This document shows positions 25,850-37,732 of a DNA stretch of 64,000 nt, in pieces. The position numbers and the translations under genes were made by a program. The notes under the pieces are model-generated. The model made no database searches. It saw nothing but the letters and a program-made list of their open reading frames with translations, and had not been told where the DNA came from. The stretch is from the NCBI GenBank assembly GCA_036785375.1, contig JAWMAR010000103.1, positions 434,001 through 498,000 of the forward strand. Reading direction: 5' to 3'. The stretch comes from Leucoraja ocellata (taxonomy: Eukaryota). Within the stretch, counting starts at the first letter, position 1. Every line of letters starts with the position of its first letter.

Positions 25850-26300
25850 ATGCAAGACTCGGCTGTCAGAGTGGTGGCACTTCTCCAGAAGCAGCTGAAA
25901 GAAACCAAACAGATTCCCTCCAATATAATCCACTTCCTTTGGAAAACTGTGGACCACATGACCTTGGAGCCTTTTCTCACTCTTCAGTAAGATCCTCCAT
26001 CTCATTCACTTTCCCAATCTCAAGATCATTTCCCCGATGTAATATATTCCAGGGCAACATCCCACATATGTGCACAATGTGGTTACTCAGTGGAAACCAC
26101 AGAGAATGTTAGTTTACTCTGCCATGGAAACATCTAAATGGATGAGTGTAATGTCACTCAGGTGATATTACACTCATCCATTTAGATGTTTCCATGTATC
26201 CTAAGAAACTATTGATATCATTTGGAAACATACACAACAACAAAGCATCTACAGACATCTGACATGGAGAGTTGGAAACATTTGCCATTACTTGGCATTA
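25850..26300 (+). mobile_element. old RTE-like LINE 3' remnant
   Basis: Decayed motifs resembling RTE ORF C-terminus: 'gggcaacatccca' (RANIP), 'atggatgagtgt...atcctaagaaactattg' (MDEC...PKKLL), 'gagagttgggaaacatttgcc'-like (ESWETFA). Confidence 0.5.
26123..26196. repeat. 35-bp near-perfect inverted repeat with 4-nt loop
   Basis: Arms 26123-26157 and 26162-26196 are reverse complements except one site (G:T). Confidence 0.97.
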
Positions 26301-26934
26301 CATTACTCACCTTAATCCAAAAAGTCTGACCCCTTCCCCTGTGATGATGACCCCTAGTTCTTCTCAGGACTGCAGCTTTCCATCATCCACTGTGACAATC
26401 CTTCTAAGACATTTGTTTTTAATAAGGGCATAAGACATAGGAGCAGAAGTAGGCTACACTGGCATTCATTTGGAAGCAGGCAATGTGAACAAAAATTTTG
26501 AAGCATCTTTGAAATCACTTTCACATTTTGCTTTTCTGTCAGTGATCATAGTCAAAATAATGATTAATTTACTTTGGATCTCTCATGATGAACAAGAGGT
26601 AAATGTGTTGCACAAAGTGTTAGGAAATTAATTTGCATTTTAGTCACTAGAAGTGGGAAAGCTTATCTCAGATACTGTAAGTTCAGTCAGTAAATACGAC
26701 CTTAGAATTCACTGACAGTAAATGACTAACTCCATTTCCGCCGTGTTGATAAACCATGGAAAATGCGCTTCTGGGCTAATTAATATTTTGTCTTAAATTT
26801 ATTTTGAGACGATTGAATGCAGTTTAGAGATAACCATTTATCGTGGGCGAGTTTACTGGTCCTATATTTGGATGAAGCAGAGTAACATAGAACACCCTAA
26901 CATTCAGAAAAGCGATTCAGCTGAGTATCATTGC

Positions 26935-27040
26935 ATGCTAATCTTGCCTGTGAATGCAAAGTTTATGGGTTCAAATACTCATGCAGAAGTTTGAACACAA
27001 ATATCTAGACTGACACTCAAGTGCAATGCTAACGGAGTGC
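26935..27040 (+). mobile_element. DeuSINE/SacSINE1-like head fragment
   Basis: 'tcttgcctgtgaatgcaaagtttatgggttcaaat...atctagactgacactcaagtgcaatgctaacggagtgct'. Related pieces at about 1845-1900, 28065-28135, 35425-35530, 35745-35930, 40420-40595 and 50245-50310. Confidence 0.55.
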
Positions 27041-28283
27041 TTTAGTTTAGTTTAGTTTAGTTTAGTGATACAATGCAGAAACTGGCCCTTCGGCCTATCA
27101 AGTCCACACTGACCAGTGGTCACCTCATACACCAGCACTATCTGCACACAAGAGAACATTTACAATTTTGCCAAAGCCAAAAGTAACTTAGCGGGTCAGG
27201 CAGCATCGCTGGAAAATATGGAAATATGGCGTTTCGGATCGGGACCCTTCTTCAGACTTCTGCCACTTATCCATGTCCTCCAGAGGTGCTGCCTGGCCTG
27301 CTGAGTTACTCCAGCACTTTGTGTGCTTTTTCTTTGTAAACCATCATCTGCAGTTCCTGTCTATTCATATTGATAAATGTAGTTTAATTTTTAATTGACA
27401 TGCATATTGGCATATTTTTGCTGACATATAAAGCACATATTATTTGTATCCCTGAATTTAATCCAACCTATAAGTTTATTTCAGGGCTGGTCAAAAGTCA
27501 ACCGAGTGAGAAACAATTCAAAGGCAGAATTGGGAAAGAAAACATATTTAATTTTATTTAGAAATTTCAGCAAAATAAAATAAACGTACTGCCATTCTAT
27601 CAGTCTGAAGTTTTGCCAGTGAAAATGTTATTTTTATTTCAACTGATATTTTTCCACATGAAAGTTACAACATATAATTATAATAGTCAGTTTCTGTGCC
27701 TGCAGTTATATTTGGCATGCCTCGGTATCCTAACAATGGTTCACAATAGTTCACTTCAGGTCAATGAAGAAGCCACATCATTCATCTCCAATAAACTTCA
27801 TGTGAAACAGATGCATTTCAATGGAAATATTTTAAAGTAGATTTAAGAACTATCAACATCGGAAATATAACTTTGGAACAGGACAGTACTGTTGACTGAA
27901 AACACTTTTGTATCGCCTCACCGGGTCAGTGGAAAGTTGTGGTTTGAATGAAGTTTGATTTATAAAATGGAGGTTGTTTCCTGATCTTAATGGTTCAGAA
28001 CATGTCCCATGGAACTCGGATCCCCTACATCAACAGGGAAGGACAATTCTACCCCTCAGTGGTTCCTGTGTCTGAGTCAGATAGCTATTGGGTTCATATC
28101 CTACTGTGGTGATTTGAAAGCAGATGTTCTAGACTTATGTTCCATTATCTAGTCACCATTGTAGTGCTGTCAGTGAGATCTAGAATGTGTTGGAACATAG
28201 AAAAGTACAACATAATAACAGACCATGATGTCCACACCGAACATGATGCCAAGCCAAAACATTTTAATCTACCATGTCCCTCC

Positions 28284-28519
28284 TGTCGAGTTATGCTTGT
28301 AATAAGGCTCGTACGACGACGTAAACAGGGTATACCTTTATTTAGCCTCTCTGTACAACAGCAGCAACTCCAACAGCAGCCTCGTGTGCCAGCCCAGGCA
28401 ACTCCCTAACTGCTCACACCCTGGGTTCCAGTCACATCCGGTTACTGGAGCCTGGCTTCTGGCACACAGGGTCCTAGTGCCCCTCTGCTCAGCCTTACAC
28501 TATATTGCATAATACCACA
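28284..28519 (-). repeat. 3' LTR
   Basis: Direct repeat of 29754-29989 with 2 mismatches (28329/29799, 28414/29884); AATAAA on the minus strand at 28337-28342. Confidence 0.97.
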
Positions 28520-28532
28520 TCTCCCTTTCTTT
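28520..28532 (-). other. polypurine tract
   Basis: aaagaaagggaga on the minus strand, abutting the 3' LTR. Confidence 0.9.
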
Positions 28533-28766
28533 GAGAACAAAGGGTGGACTACCTTTGTCTCTGCAGGTCTTAAGGGGTTTATTCTGCCCTTTTGCTGGAA
28601 GACCTGTCCCTGATCTAAGCATGCAAAATAGAAATAAAATAACTTACACGTTACCATACTGTGAACTATTCTTTCAGGTTTCAGGTAAATGTAACAGGTT
28701 TACAGAACAATTTCACATCACATTTCACTCTCTCTTTCTCTTTATTGTAGAAAACAGATCAATAAA

Positions 28767-29045
28767 TCACAAATCAAGTCTCTTCGGCTTTCTAACCTCT
28801 CGCCCACACCTAGTCCGCACAGTCTCTGTGGTGGGGCCCTCTCCGCTGGGTGATGCTGTCACTGGTGGAGCTGGCTCTGGTGGAGCTGGCTCTTCTCCCA
28901 CCGGTGGCTCATCAGCGTCGACTACCTCACTGTTGGTCTGCAGCGGCACCAAGTGCTGCCGGTTCCTCCTCAGTGTGCCCTGAGGCACCTGGACGATATA
29001 AGAGCGAGGGGTATTGTGTGTAGATAGCACTTTGCCCTGGTGTTT
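28767..29045 (-). pseudogene. integrase C-terminal tail remnant
   Basis: GKVLSTHNTPRSYIVQVPQGTLRRNRQHL...VRTRCGREVRKPKRLDL*, typical of the pol end in Mag-like Gypsy elements. Confidence 0.85.
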
Positions 29046-29656
29046 GTGCTTGTGGCTGAGGCTTTGAAGGAAATTTGGGTTTTCTGTAGCTTTTAGCATG
29101 CACAGCATCAACATTTGTGCACTTGCTAGCACCGCTATTCTCTCCTCTTAAGTCAGACCGCTGTCGTCTAACTTCTTCGGACTGCCTTGTCTTTGTTATA
29201 GCAGTTTCAAGGGTTAGGTCTCTGTCTAGCTGTAGCTTTTCTGACAATGAGACGTTTCTCAGCCCGACCACTAACCTGTCGCGGATCAGCTCGTTCTGTA
29301 ACTGTCCATAGTTGCAGTGTTCAGCTAATCCGTATAGAGCAGTGATGAAGGAATCCACCGTTTCTCCTGGCAGTTGCACACGCTGATTGAACTTGGCTCT
29401 TCCGTAGATTACATTCTTTTTAGGCACAAAAAATGCATCAAAGCCTGCCTTGACATCCGTGTACACCCTCCTCTCATCTGCAGTTAGCGTTAGCCCCTTT
29501 AGCACATCATCTGCTTCATCGCCCATGCAATACACTAACGTGTTCACCTGGTTTTCTGCCGACGTCGCGTTTAAATTGCTTGCAAGCCGAAGCGGTCGAA
29601 TCTCCTGGCTCTGGAGGTTGTATTGTGAACGTAGCAGTTGGTGTAGGTTGCGCCAT
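29046..29656 (-). pseudogene. gag: gag remnant (frameshifted, truncated)
   Basis: ATG at 29656: MAQPTPTATFTIQPPEP, then deletion/frameshift, then RFDRF..LASNLNATSAENQVNTLVYCMGDEA...RAKFNQRVQLPGETVDSFITAL...LIRDRLVVGL. Confidence 0.85.
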
Positions 29657-29735
29657 ATCTGCCAGCTCGTCTCCTATTTCCCGCCAAAACGATACACCGT
29701 CCTCTTCTTCTTTATTTATTTTCTTGCGTACAAGG

Positions 29736-29753
29736 ATCCCACTTCTGACACCA
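29736..29753 (-). other. primer binding site complementary to a tRNA-Leu 3' end
   Basis: TGGTGTCAGAAGTGGGAT immediately downstream of the 5' LTR. Confidence 0.85.
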
Positions 29754-29989
29754 TGTCGAGTTATGCTTGTAATAAGGCTCGTACGACGACGTAAACAGAG
29801 TATACCTTTATTTAGCCTCTCTGTACAACAGCAGCAACTCCAACAGCAGCCTCGTGTGCCAGCCCAGGCAACTCCCTAACTGCCCACACCCTGGGTTCCA
29901 GTCACATCCGGTTACTGGAGCCTGGCTTCTGGCACACAGGGTCCTAGTGCCCCTCTGCTCAGCCTTACACTATATTGCATAATACCACA
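29754..29989 (-). repeat. 5' LTR
   Basis: Direct repeat of 28284-28519. Confidence 0.97.
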
Positions 29990-30179
29990 CCTCCATTCCT
30001 TGCATTTTCATAGTCTATCTAAAACCCACTATCACATCTTTGTTGAAAGCACTGAGTGTTCCAGCTACAGTGCAATGAAAGGCTGCAGGATACAAGATTT
30101 GAAGAGAGAGGGGGAAGATGACCAAGGTGTTCGGAGCAATACTTAAAAACTAGTCAACATTCCCCTGAGTTGCGCAGTT

Positions 30180-31600
30180 AAGAACCAGAGGACATAAGGT
30201 TAAGGTGAGAGGGGAAAGATTTAATCGGGACCAACGGGGTACCGTTTTCACACAGAGGGTGGTAGGTATATGGAACAAACTGCCAGAGGAGGTAGTTGAG
30301 GCAGAAACCATTAAAAAATATTTGGGCATGGGTTGGAAAGGGTTTGGATATGGGCCAAACGTGGGCTGATGGGACTAGTGTAGATTGGGCATCTTGGTCG
30401 GCATGGGCAAGTTGGGCCAAAAGGTCTGTTTCCATGCAGTATGACGGTATGATATGTCAACATTTACTAAAACCTATTATTCTGTCACCATCAGCATATT
30501 GTGAGCTTTCACCCTATGCAAATGAACTACTGTATTTTTAAAGTTCTTATCTTCATAACTACACAGAGGGACACTATTCAGTCCATCATGTCCACGTCAG
30601 CTCTTTAGAGACCAGTCCTATTAGTTCCATTTGCATTCTCTTTCGTTCCCTGCACTCACTCACATCACTTTGATCACTCACTTTGATTATATTTTAACCA
30701 CCAGCTGACACCAAGGGATTACTCACAGTAGCAATTAATCTACCACCTTGTCTTTGAAATGTTGGGAGGACACCAGAACACCAGCCAAGATCTATATGGT
30801 CATAGAAAGAATGTGTACACACCCCACAGATAGCACTGGGGGCTGGTTTCAAAGCCCTGGAACAGTGAGGCAGTCACTCTATCAGTTTAGCCACATGCTG
30901 CCCGATATGTTTAGTTCAGTTTTGTTCAGTTCAGATTTACAGCATGGAAACAGGCCCTTTGACCCACCAAGCCTATGCCAACCATCGTTCACCCATTCAC
31001 ATTAGACAATAGACAATAGACAATAGACAATAGGTGCAGGAGTAGGCCATTCGGCCCTTCGAGCCAGCACCGCCATTCAATGTGATCATGGCTGATCATC
31101 ACCAATCAGTACCCTGTTCCTGCCTTCTCCCCATATTCCCTGACTCCGCTATCTTTAAGAACTCTATCTAGCTCTCTCTTGAAAGTATCCAGAGAACCGG
31201 CTTCCACCGCCCTCTGAGGCAGAGAATTCCACAGACTCACAGCTCTCTGTGAGAAAAAGTGTTTCCTCGTCTCCGTTCTAAATGGCTTACCCCATATTCT
31301 TAAAATGTGGCCCCTGGTTCTGGACTCCCCCAACATCGGGAACATGTTTCCCGCCTCTAGTGTGTCCAAACCCTTAACAATCTTATATGTTTCAATAAGA
31401 TTGCCTCTCATCCTTCTAGTCCAAGTTACCCTGCATCTCATCCACTCCCAATATACGAGGGACAATTTATAGCCAATCAACCTACAAATCTGCATTCCTT
31501 TGGGATGTGGGACGAAACTCACATGGTCACAGTGTGCAAACTACACGCTATCAGCACCCAGGGTAAGCATTGAACTCAAGCCTCTGGCGCTGTGAGGCAG
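30180..31600. mobile_element. cluster: CR1 3' end (+, 30180-30450), V-SINEs (-), and a young CR1 3' end (-, 31003-31417) with (agacaat)n tail nested in a V-SINE
   Basis: RRMRGNLIETYKIVKGLD...ESRTRGH...YGEKAGTGY* ORF; the SINE is split around it. Confidence 0.85.
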
Positions 31601-31759
31601 CATAAATGTACTTTGTTGGCTGTGAAGTGTATTGAATGTCCTAAAGGAAGGCTTTATATTTTGAAATCTGTGCCTTTTATTTAAATGATTGCTTATTTAT
31701 CATCAAGAATATATTTGGGATTTCCTTACGGATACTCATGAGCTGATGTCCAGCATTGA

Positions 31760-33335
31760 TGTGGGCAAACTTGGACTGCTTTCCCTGGAACACGTTGGGG
31801 GGAGACCTGACAGAATTATAGAAAATTATGAGAGGCACAGATAGAGTAGACAGCGGGCAGTTTTATTCCCAGAGTGGAAATGTCAAAGACACAGGTTTAA
31901 AGCGAAAGAAGAAAAATGTTAAGATGTATGAGGCAAGTTTTTTATACAAAGGGTGGTGGGTGCCTGGAGCGTGCAGCCAGGGGTGGTAGTCGAGGCAGAT
32001 ATGATAGATGCGTGTAAGAGGCTTTTACATAAGCACGTGCAGGAAAGGGTATGGATGTGCCCATAAGCAAGTGCAGGAATAGGAGATTTGTTTAGCTTGG
32101 CATTATGTTCGGCTCAGACATTGTAAGGCGTAGGACCAGTTCCTGTGCTGTATTTTTTGATATTCTATGTTCTAAATACCAGCAGGTCATTTTGATGCAG
32201 GCTGCATTCCTCCAGCAATATCTAGGTTAGACTTTTAATTTTTAAACTGCATTGACTGATAATGAATGATGACCTGTAGCTCAGCACAGAGGTGAACATG
32301 CAAGTACATTTCATGTACAAAAATGCAAAGCCTATCTATATTCCATCGGAGAAGATATTACACGTGGGACTTCTGCCACATAAACCAGTGGAAAGATTTA
32401 TTTCAGTTAGAAGTGTATTTCAATGCAATGAAGTATTTAAGGGGAGGCAAGATAAGAATGTAAGAATGAAATGGAAGTCAATGAGAAGAGAAAAAATTCG
32501 ATGAAGGGAGGAGATCCGTCTGGATGTGGAGGCTTTGGATAGGGTGTAGAAGAGGTTTACAAGAACACTGCATGTATTAGCGGGGCACAATTGCGCAGTG
32601 GTAGTTGCTGCCTTACAGCGCCAGAGACCCGGGTTCGAACCTCACAACAGGTTCTGTCGAGACGGAGTTTGTATGTTCTCCCTGTGACTGCCTGGGTTTT
32701 CTCCGGGTGCTCTGGTTTCCTCCCACACTCAAAAAATGTACAGGTTTGTAGAATAATTGGCTTCTATACATTGTCCCCAATCTGTAGGGTAGAACTAGTG
32801 TATGGGGACCGCTGGTTGGCACGGACTCGGTGGGCTGAAGGGCATGTTTCCACGTTGTATCTCGAACACTAAAACATAAAACTAGAGAGTATTAGTCATA
32901 GGAGAGATTCGACAAACTAAGATTGTTTTCTCTGGAGCGTCAGAGGTTGAGGGGGGACCTGATGGAAGTATATAAATTATGGCAGGCATTGGTAGGTTAG
33001 ACAATTGGAACTTTCTTCCCCAGGTTAGAAATATGAAATACTTGGGAGGATAGTTATAAGGTAGGAGGGGAATAGTTTTGAGGAGACCTGCAAGGCAAGT
33101 TTTTATAGACAGCGAGGGATGGGTGCCTGGAATATGCTGGCAGGGGTGGTGGTGGAGGCAGATAAGATAGTGGCATTTAAGAGGCTTTTAGACAGGCACA
33201 CGGTTATGCAGGGAATTGAAGGGTATGGATCATATGTGGGCAGAGGAAAGTAATTTAACTTGGCATCATGTTCAGCACAGATATTGGGGGCTGAAGGGCC
33301 TGTTCCTGTGCTGTACTGTTCTATGTGTTATGTTC
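31760..33335 (+). mobile_element. CR1 3' fragments (31760-32175; 32520-33335), the second interrupted by a V-SINE (32580-32882)
   Basis: ORF2-end remnants; SINE with head 'gcgcagtggtag...gggttcgaacc', central domain and tail. Confidence 0.8.
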
Positions 33336-33764
33336 CAAATACTAACATAGAAAAATTTGGAATAGGTGACAAATGTGCGGTAGATTTTACAAACAATGCA
33401 TTTGAACATATATATCTATAGATAAGTAAACATCTATTTAGATCTGCAACAATAGATCCACTGAGAACATAAAAAATAAAACCAAGATTCAATCACAAAC
33501 TTTTTGAGAACTGCACACTATGCAATAAAATCATGGCTGACTACCCCGCTCTATAAACATATATTTAATTCTTTGAGTATCTAAAAATGTACAGATCCGT
33601 CATAGATCAATTCATTAAAGCAGCATCCACAATCCACTGGAGTAGATAATTCCAAATATTTCTAACCCTGCAATGAGAAAACTTGTCCTCAGTCTCAACT
33701 TTGAAATGGCCGTCCCTTTTCATAAGCCTATGCCCCCAGTTCTAGATCTGGAGAGAGAAAAGAG

Positions 33765-34050
33765 CGGCACGGTGGCGCAGCAGTAGAGTTGCTGCTTCAC
33801 AGCACCTGAGACCCTGTTTAATCCTCAATACGGGTGCTGTCTGTGTGGAGTTTGTATGTTCTCCCTGTGACTGTGTGGGTTTTCTTTTGGTACTCCGGTT
33901 TCCTCCCACATTTCAAAGATATGCAAATTTGTAGGTTGATTGGCTGCTGTTAAAATTGCCCGTAATGTGTAGGACATTGAAGTAAAGTATGGGTGATTGA
34001 TGGGTGGGCCAAAGGGCCTCTTTCCATGCTGTACCTCTAAACAAAACTAA
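33765..34050 (+). mobile_element. V-SINE inserted in an old minus-strand CR1 fragment
   Basis: gcggcacggtggcgcagcagtagagttgctgc head; central domain; ctaaac tail. Confidence 0.85.
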
Positions 34051-35077
34051 AATAGATTTTTAGCATCTACCCTGGCCATATTTTTCAGCATCTTGTATGT
34101 TACCATTGGAATATCTTTTATGCTTCTACGTTTCAATGAGTGTATGCCAAGAATTTACAGCCTGATCTCAACTGGAAATAATCTGGTAAATCCTTACTGG
34201 TCTAACTCCAAGGTAAGAATTTCATCATAAGGTTTTTCATCATATGCAATGTAACAAAGGAATATATAATGCCATGCGTGCAAACCATGTTCTTCTGGGC
34301 ACTTATGCAGCCAGATAATTAAATAGAGCGACCACTTGTATGATTATACATGATCTATCACCAAAGCATGAGTCAATATACCAGGACCAGATAAAGAATG
34401 CTGGAAGAACTCAGCAGGTCAAGTAGCATCTGTGGAGGCATAAGGTGTTGTTCAGTATTGTTCAGGTTGAGCCCCTTTATCAGGGCATGTTTACACATTT
34501 TGCCTCCACAGTTGCTGCTTGGCCTGCTGAGTTTTTCCAGTGTTCTGTTTTTTTTTAATATATTCCAGCATCTGTAGTCTCTTTTGTCTTCAGTCTAAAA
34601 TTCAGGCTGTTAATGCATTTGGTTTGTGGAATTTTGTCTGCTTTGTATTCCATCGCCCAAGGAACAATTAGTCATCAGCTTCACATTGCCTCTGTGTTCC
34701 TCATTTTCTGTTCAAAACCTTCTGGAGTTATTGTTTTAAATATTGAACATCTAGCGTCACAGAGGTTAACTCAGTCACAAAGGAGCCGTAACAGCAGCGC
34801 TGAAATGCACTCCAGACTTGATTTATGTGTCTCAAACTGCGCAGTAATTCCACTCTTATATAACATTGCAATTGCTCGATCCATTTATAAGCAAGCAACG
34901 CTTCCTTTGCAAGTACTGCTCCCCAATCAATGTTAAATGTAATAAACAGACACCAACCAATTGAAGAGATCTCTAACTTCTTTTGTTCATTTGTCTCTTC
35001 GTTGGTGGACAGTCTCCCATCCCCCAAGTTATAGGTTTTAAACAACTTGTCTACAAAACATGGTCAAATCCTTCAAC

Positions 35078-36630
35078 GTGGTGCAGCTGGTAGAGCTCTT
35101 GCCACACAATACCGGATACCCAGGTTTGATCCTGGCCTCTGGGTATTCCGTTCTCCTCCCACATCCCAAAGACTTGCGGGTTTTTAGGTTAATTGGCCTC
35201 TGTAAAATAGCCCCTAGAGTGCAGGGAGTGGATGTGAAAGTGGGATGACGTTGAAACTCGTGTGAACGGATGATCGATGGTCAGCGTGGACTCAGTGCAC
35301 CAAAGAGTCTGTTTCCGTGCTGTATCTCTAAACTAAATTAAACGAAGTGCAAGAGTAATTCAGCAGGTTACTCCAGCATGTTGTGTTCTATGCAAGATTC
35401 CAGTATCTTTCACCAGAGACTTCACTTTAGTACTGAGGGAATGCTGGAATTCTTAGAGAGTTGGCTTCATTCAGATGAGATATCAAACTGAGACACCTTC
35501 AGCAATCTTAGGGGTATTTCGAAAGATCACTCTATACCTTTGTATTTTTGCGCACATAATAGAAAATCGGGGACCTACTGCAAGTTTCAAATGTTGTTAG
35601 TGTACCAGCATCAACTACGGCCTCCAGCAACTTGGACCATGTACCCACCACCCTCTGCATGAAGCCCCTAAAGCCCCTAAAGTTATTATTAAATCTTGCT
35701 CTTCTCACTTGAAACCTATGGGCTATGTACTTTGTGTGCACCCTTGAACTGTTCCAGGGGATCTGCAGATGTTTCCCCTGTAATTATTCCAATATGTAAC
35801 CATTAACCCACATCAAAAAATATATTATTTGCTCTTAATCAAATATTGTGGAATATTACTGTGCAGAAAACAGCCACCACATTTCCAGTATCAAACCAGT
35901 GAGTACACTCAAAGAATATAACAGTAGCCATAAATCATCTAATAATATTCTCATTGAGCCACTGAATTATATGGCATGGAAATTGGTGTTCCAGTAATTG
36001 TATCCATACTGGACAAGAGTTGCAAAGACACACTGATTCCATTTCTAAGGCACAACATAGCTTTCTGTGCGTTGGTGTTTTAAGCACTCGCCTAAATACT
36101 TCTTAAGGATACGAGTTGGTCTGGCTCTGCTATGCAGTGATAAAATGCATTCAAGATTTTAATACCTGCTGGATGAAAAAGTTCTTCCACAAGTCCCTTT
36201 AAAACCTCCAACACCTCAGCTTAAACCTATACCCTCTGGTTATGGACTGTACAGGTAAGAGGAAAGTTTATTTCTATCTGGCCTATCACTATCCCTCATA
36301 AGTTTGTATCAATTAATTGATTGAAAGATACAGCATGCAAACAGGCCCATTAACACACAAATTCCATGCTGACAATCGATCATCCGTTCACACTAGTTCT
36401 CTGTTATCCCACTTTTTCAACCAGTTGCTATATACGAGGCAATTTACAGAGGCCAAATAACCTGCAAACCCACACACCTTTGGAGCGTGGGAGGAAACCG
36501 CACCCGGAGGAAACCCCTGCGATCACAGGGAGGACTTGCAAATTCCGCACAGACAGCGCCCAAGGTCAGGATCGAACCCACATCTCTGGTGCTGTGAGAC
36601 ACCAGCTCTATCAGCTACAACACTGTTCCA
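35078..36630. mobile_element. V-SINEs (+ 35078-35343; - 36325-36630) with intervening DeuSINE-like and CR1 fragments
   Basis: Family motifs as above. Confidence 0.7.
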
Positions 36631-36897
36631 ACCCTTTGTAATGTTGATTAGATTATTCCTCAGTCGCCTCTGCTCTAAGGATTGAAATGCTCATTTCTCA
36701 CAACATCCTGGAAAATCTCCTCTCCACTCTCTCCAACATCAGCACATTCTTCCTATAGTGTTGTGACCAGAACTGCACACAATACTCCAGCCATGATCTC
36801 TCTGATGTTTATATGGGTGTATTATAACAACCTTGCTTTTATATTCTGTTTAGGTTTATTATTGTCATGTGCACCAAGGTACTGTGAAAAGCTTTGT

Positions 36898-37732
36898 CAA
36901 AGGTCAAAGGTCAAAAGTATTTTATTAGTTACATACACACTAGGTGTAGTGAAATGCTTATTGCCATTTTGCAGCACATAAAGAAAGAACAGACATAACA
37001 TTAATAAGAGTTTTAGAGCATAAAAAATATCCCCCCACAATGGTTCCCATTGTGAGGGAAGGCACAAAGTCCAGTCCCCAACTCCAGTTCACCCATAGTC
37101 GGGCCTATTGAGGCCTCCACAGTTGCCTCTATGGAGGCCCGATGTTCCAGGCCGTTCTCGCCGGGTGATGTTGCTCCGGCGTCGGGAGAGTCCTCTCCAC
37201 GGCTTGGGACACCTTGAACGGTCGCTTCCGTACTGGAGGCCGCGGCTTCCGAAGCCGACAAGGCTGCGCCAGTTGGAGCTCCACAACTGGCGATCACATC
37301 TAGAGACCCCAGGCTCCCGGTGTAAAGTTCGGCGCCGCCGCCCGCAGCTGGTCGCTCCACAGTCCCGCAGCTCTGCGATGTTTTCCTCAGCGATCTTCAG
37401 CTCACCGGAGCTCCAGCGCGGCGACCCGGGCAAGGCATCGCCCGCTCCACGATAGCGCTCCAGCGCTGTGCCGCCGCCGAAGCTGAGGTTCTGGGCGGTC
37501 CCCGACAGGAAACGCCGTTCCAGGCCCGCTGGTAGGCCGCGAGGACGGGTCGAAGCTGCAACCCGGAGAAAAGCCGCCTCTCCGACCAGGTAGGGACCCT
37601 GAAAAGACCCCCCCCCCCACATACAAAAGTCCAGACCTCCAAACAAAACACTTTAACTAACTAAAAATAAAAATAAAACGATGAAAAGACAGACAGCTGC
37701 TGGCTGGGCAGCTATGCACAGGACAGCGCCCC
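36898..37732 (-). mobile_element. GC-rich non-coding retroposon with (tttgacc)n tail and probable TSD ctttgt
   Basis: ctttgt at 36892-36897 and 37733-37738; interrupts a Rex1-type tail repeat that resumes at 37739. Confidence 0.75.

Larger units (their letters stand above)
28284..29989 (-). mobile_element. non-autonomous, internally deleted Ty3/Gypsy (Mag-clade-like) LTR retrotransposon
   Basis: Two 236-bp TG...CA LTRs, 5-bp TSD cctcc (28279-28283 and 29990-29994), PBS, PPT, and gag plus integrase-tail remnants. Confidence 0.95.

Noticed and set aside
37013-37651. GC-rich ORFs in several frames
   Set aside because: Stop-poor GC-rich repeat; no domain, and frames are not evidently shared with the related copy at 23283-23718.
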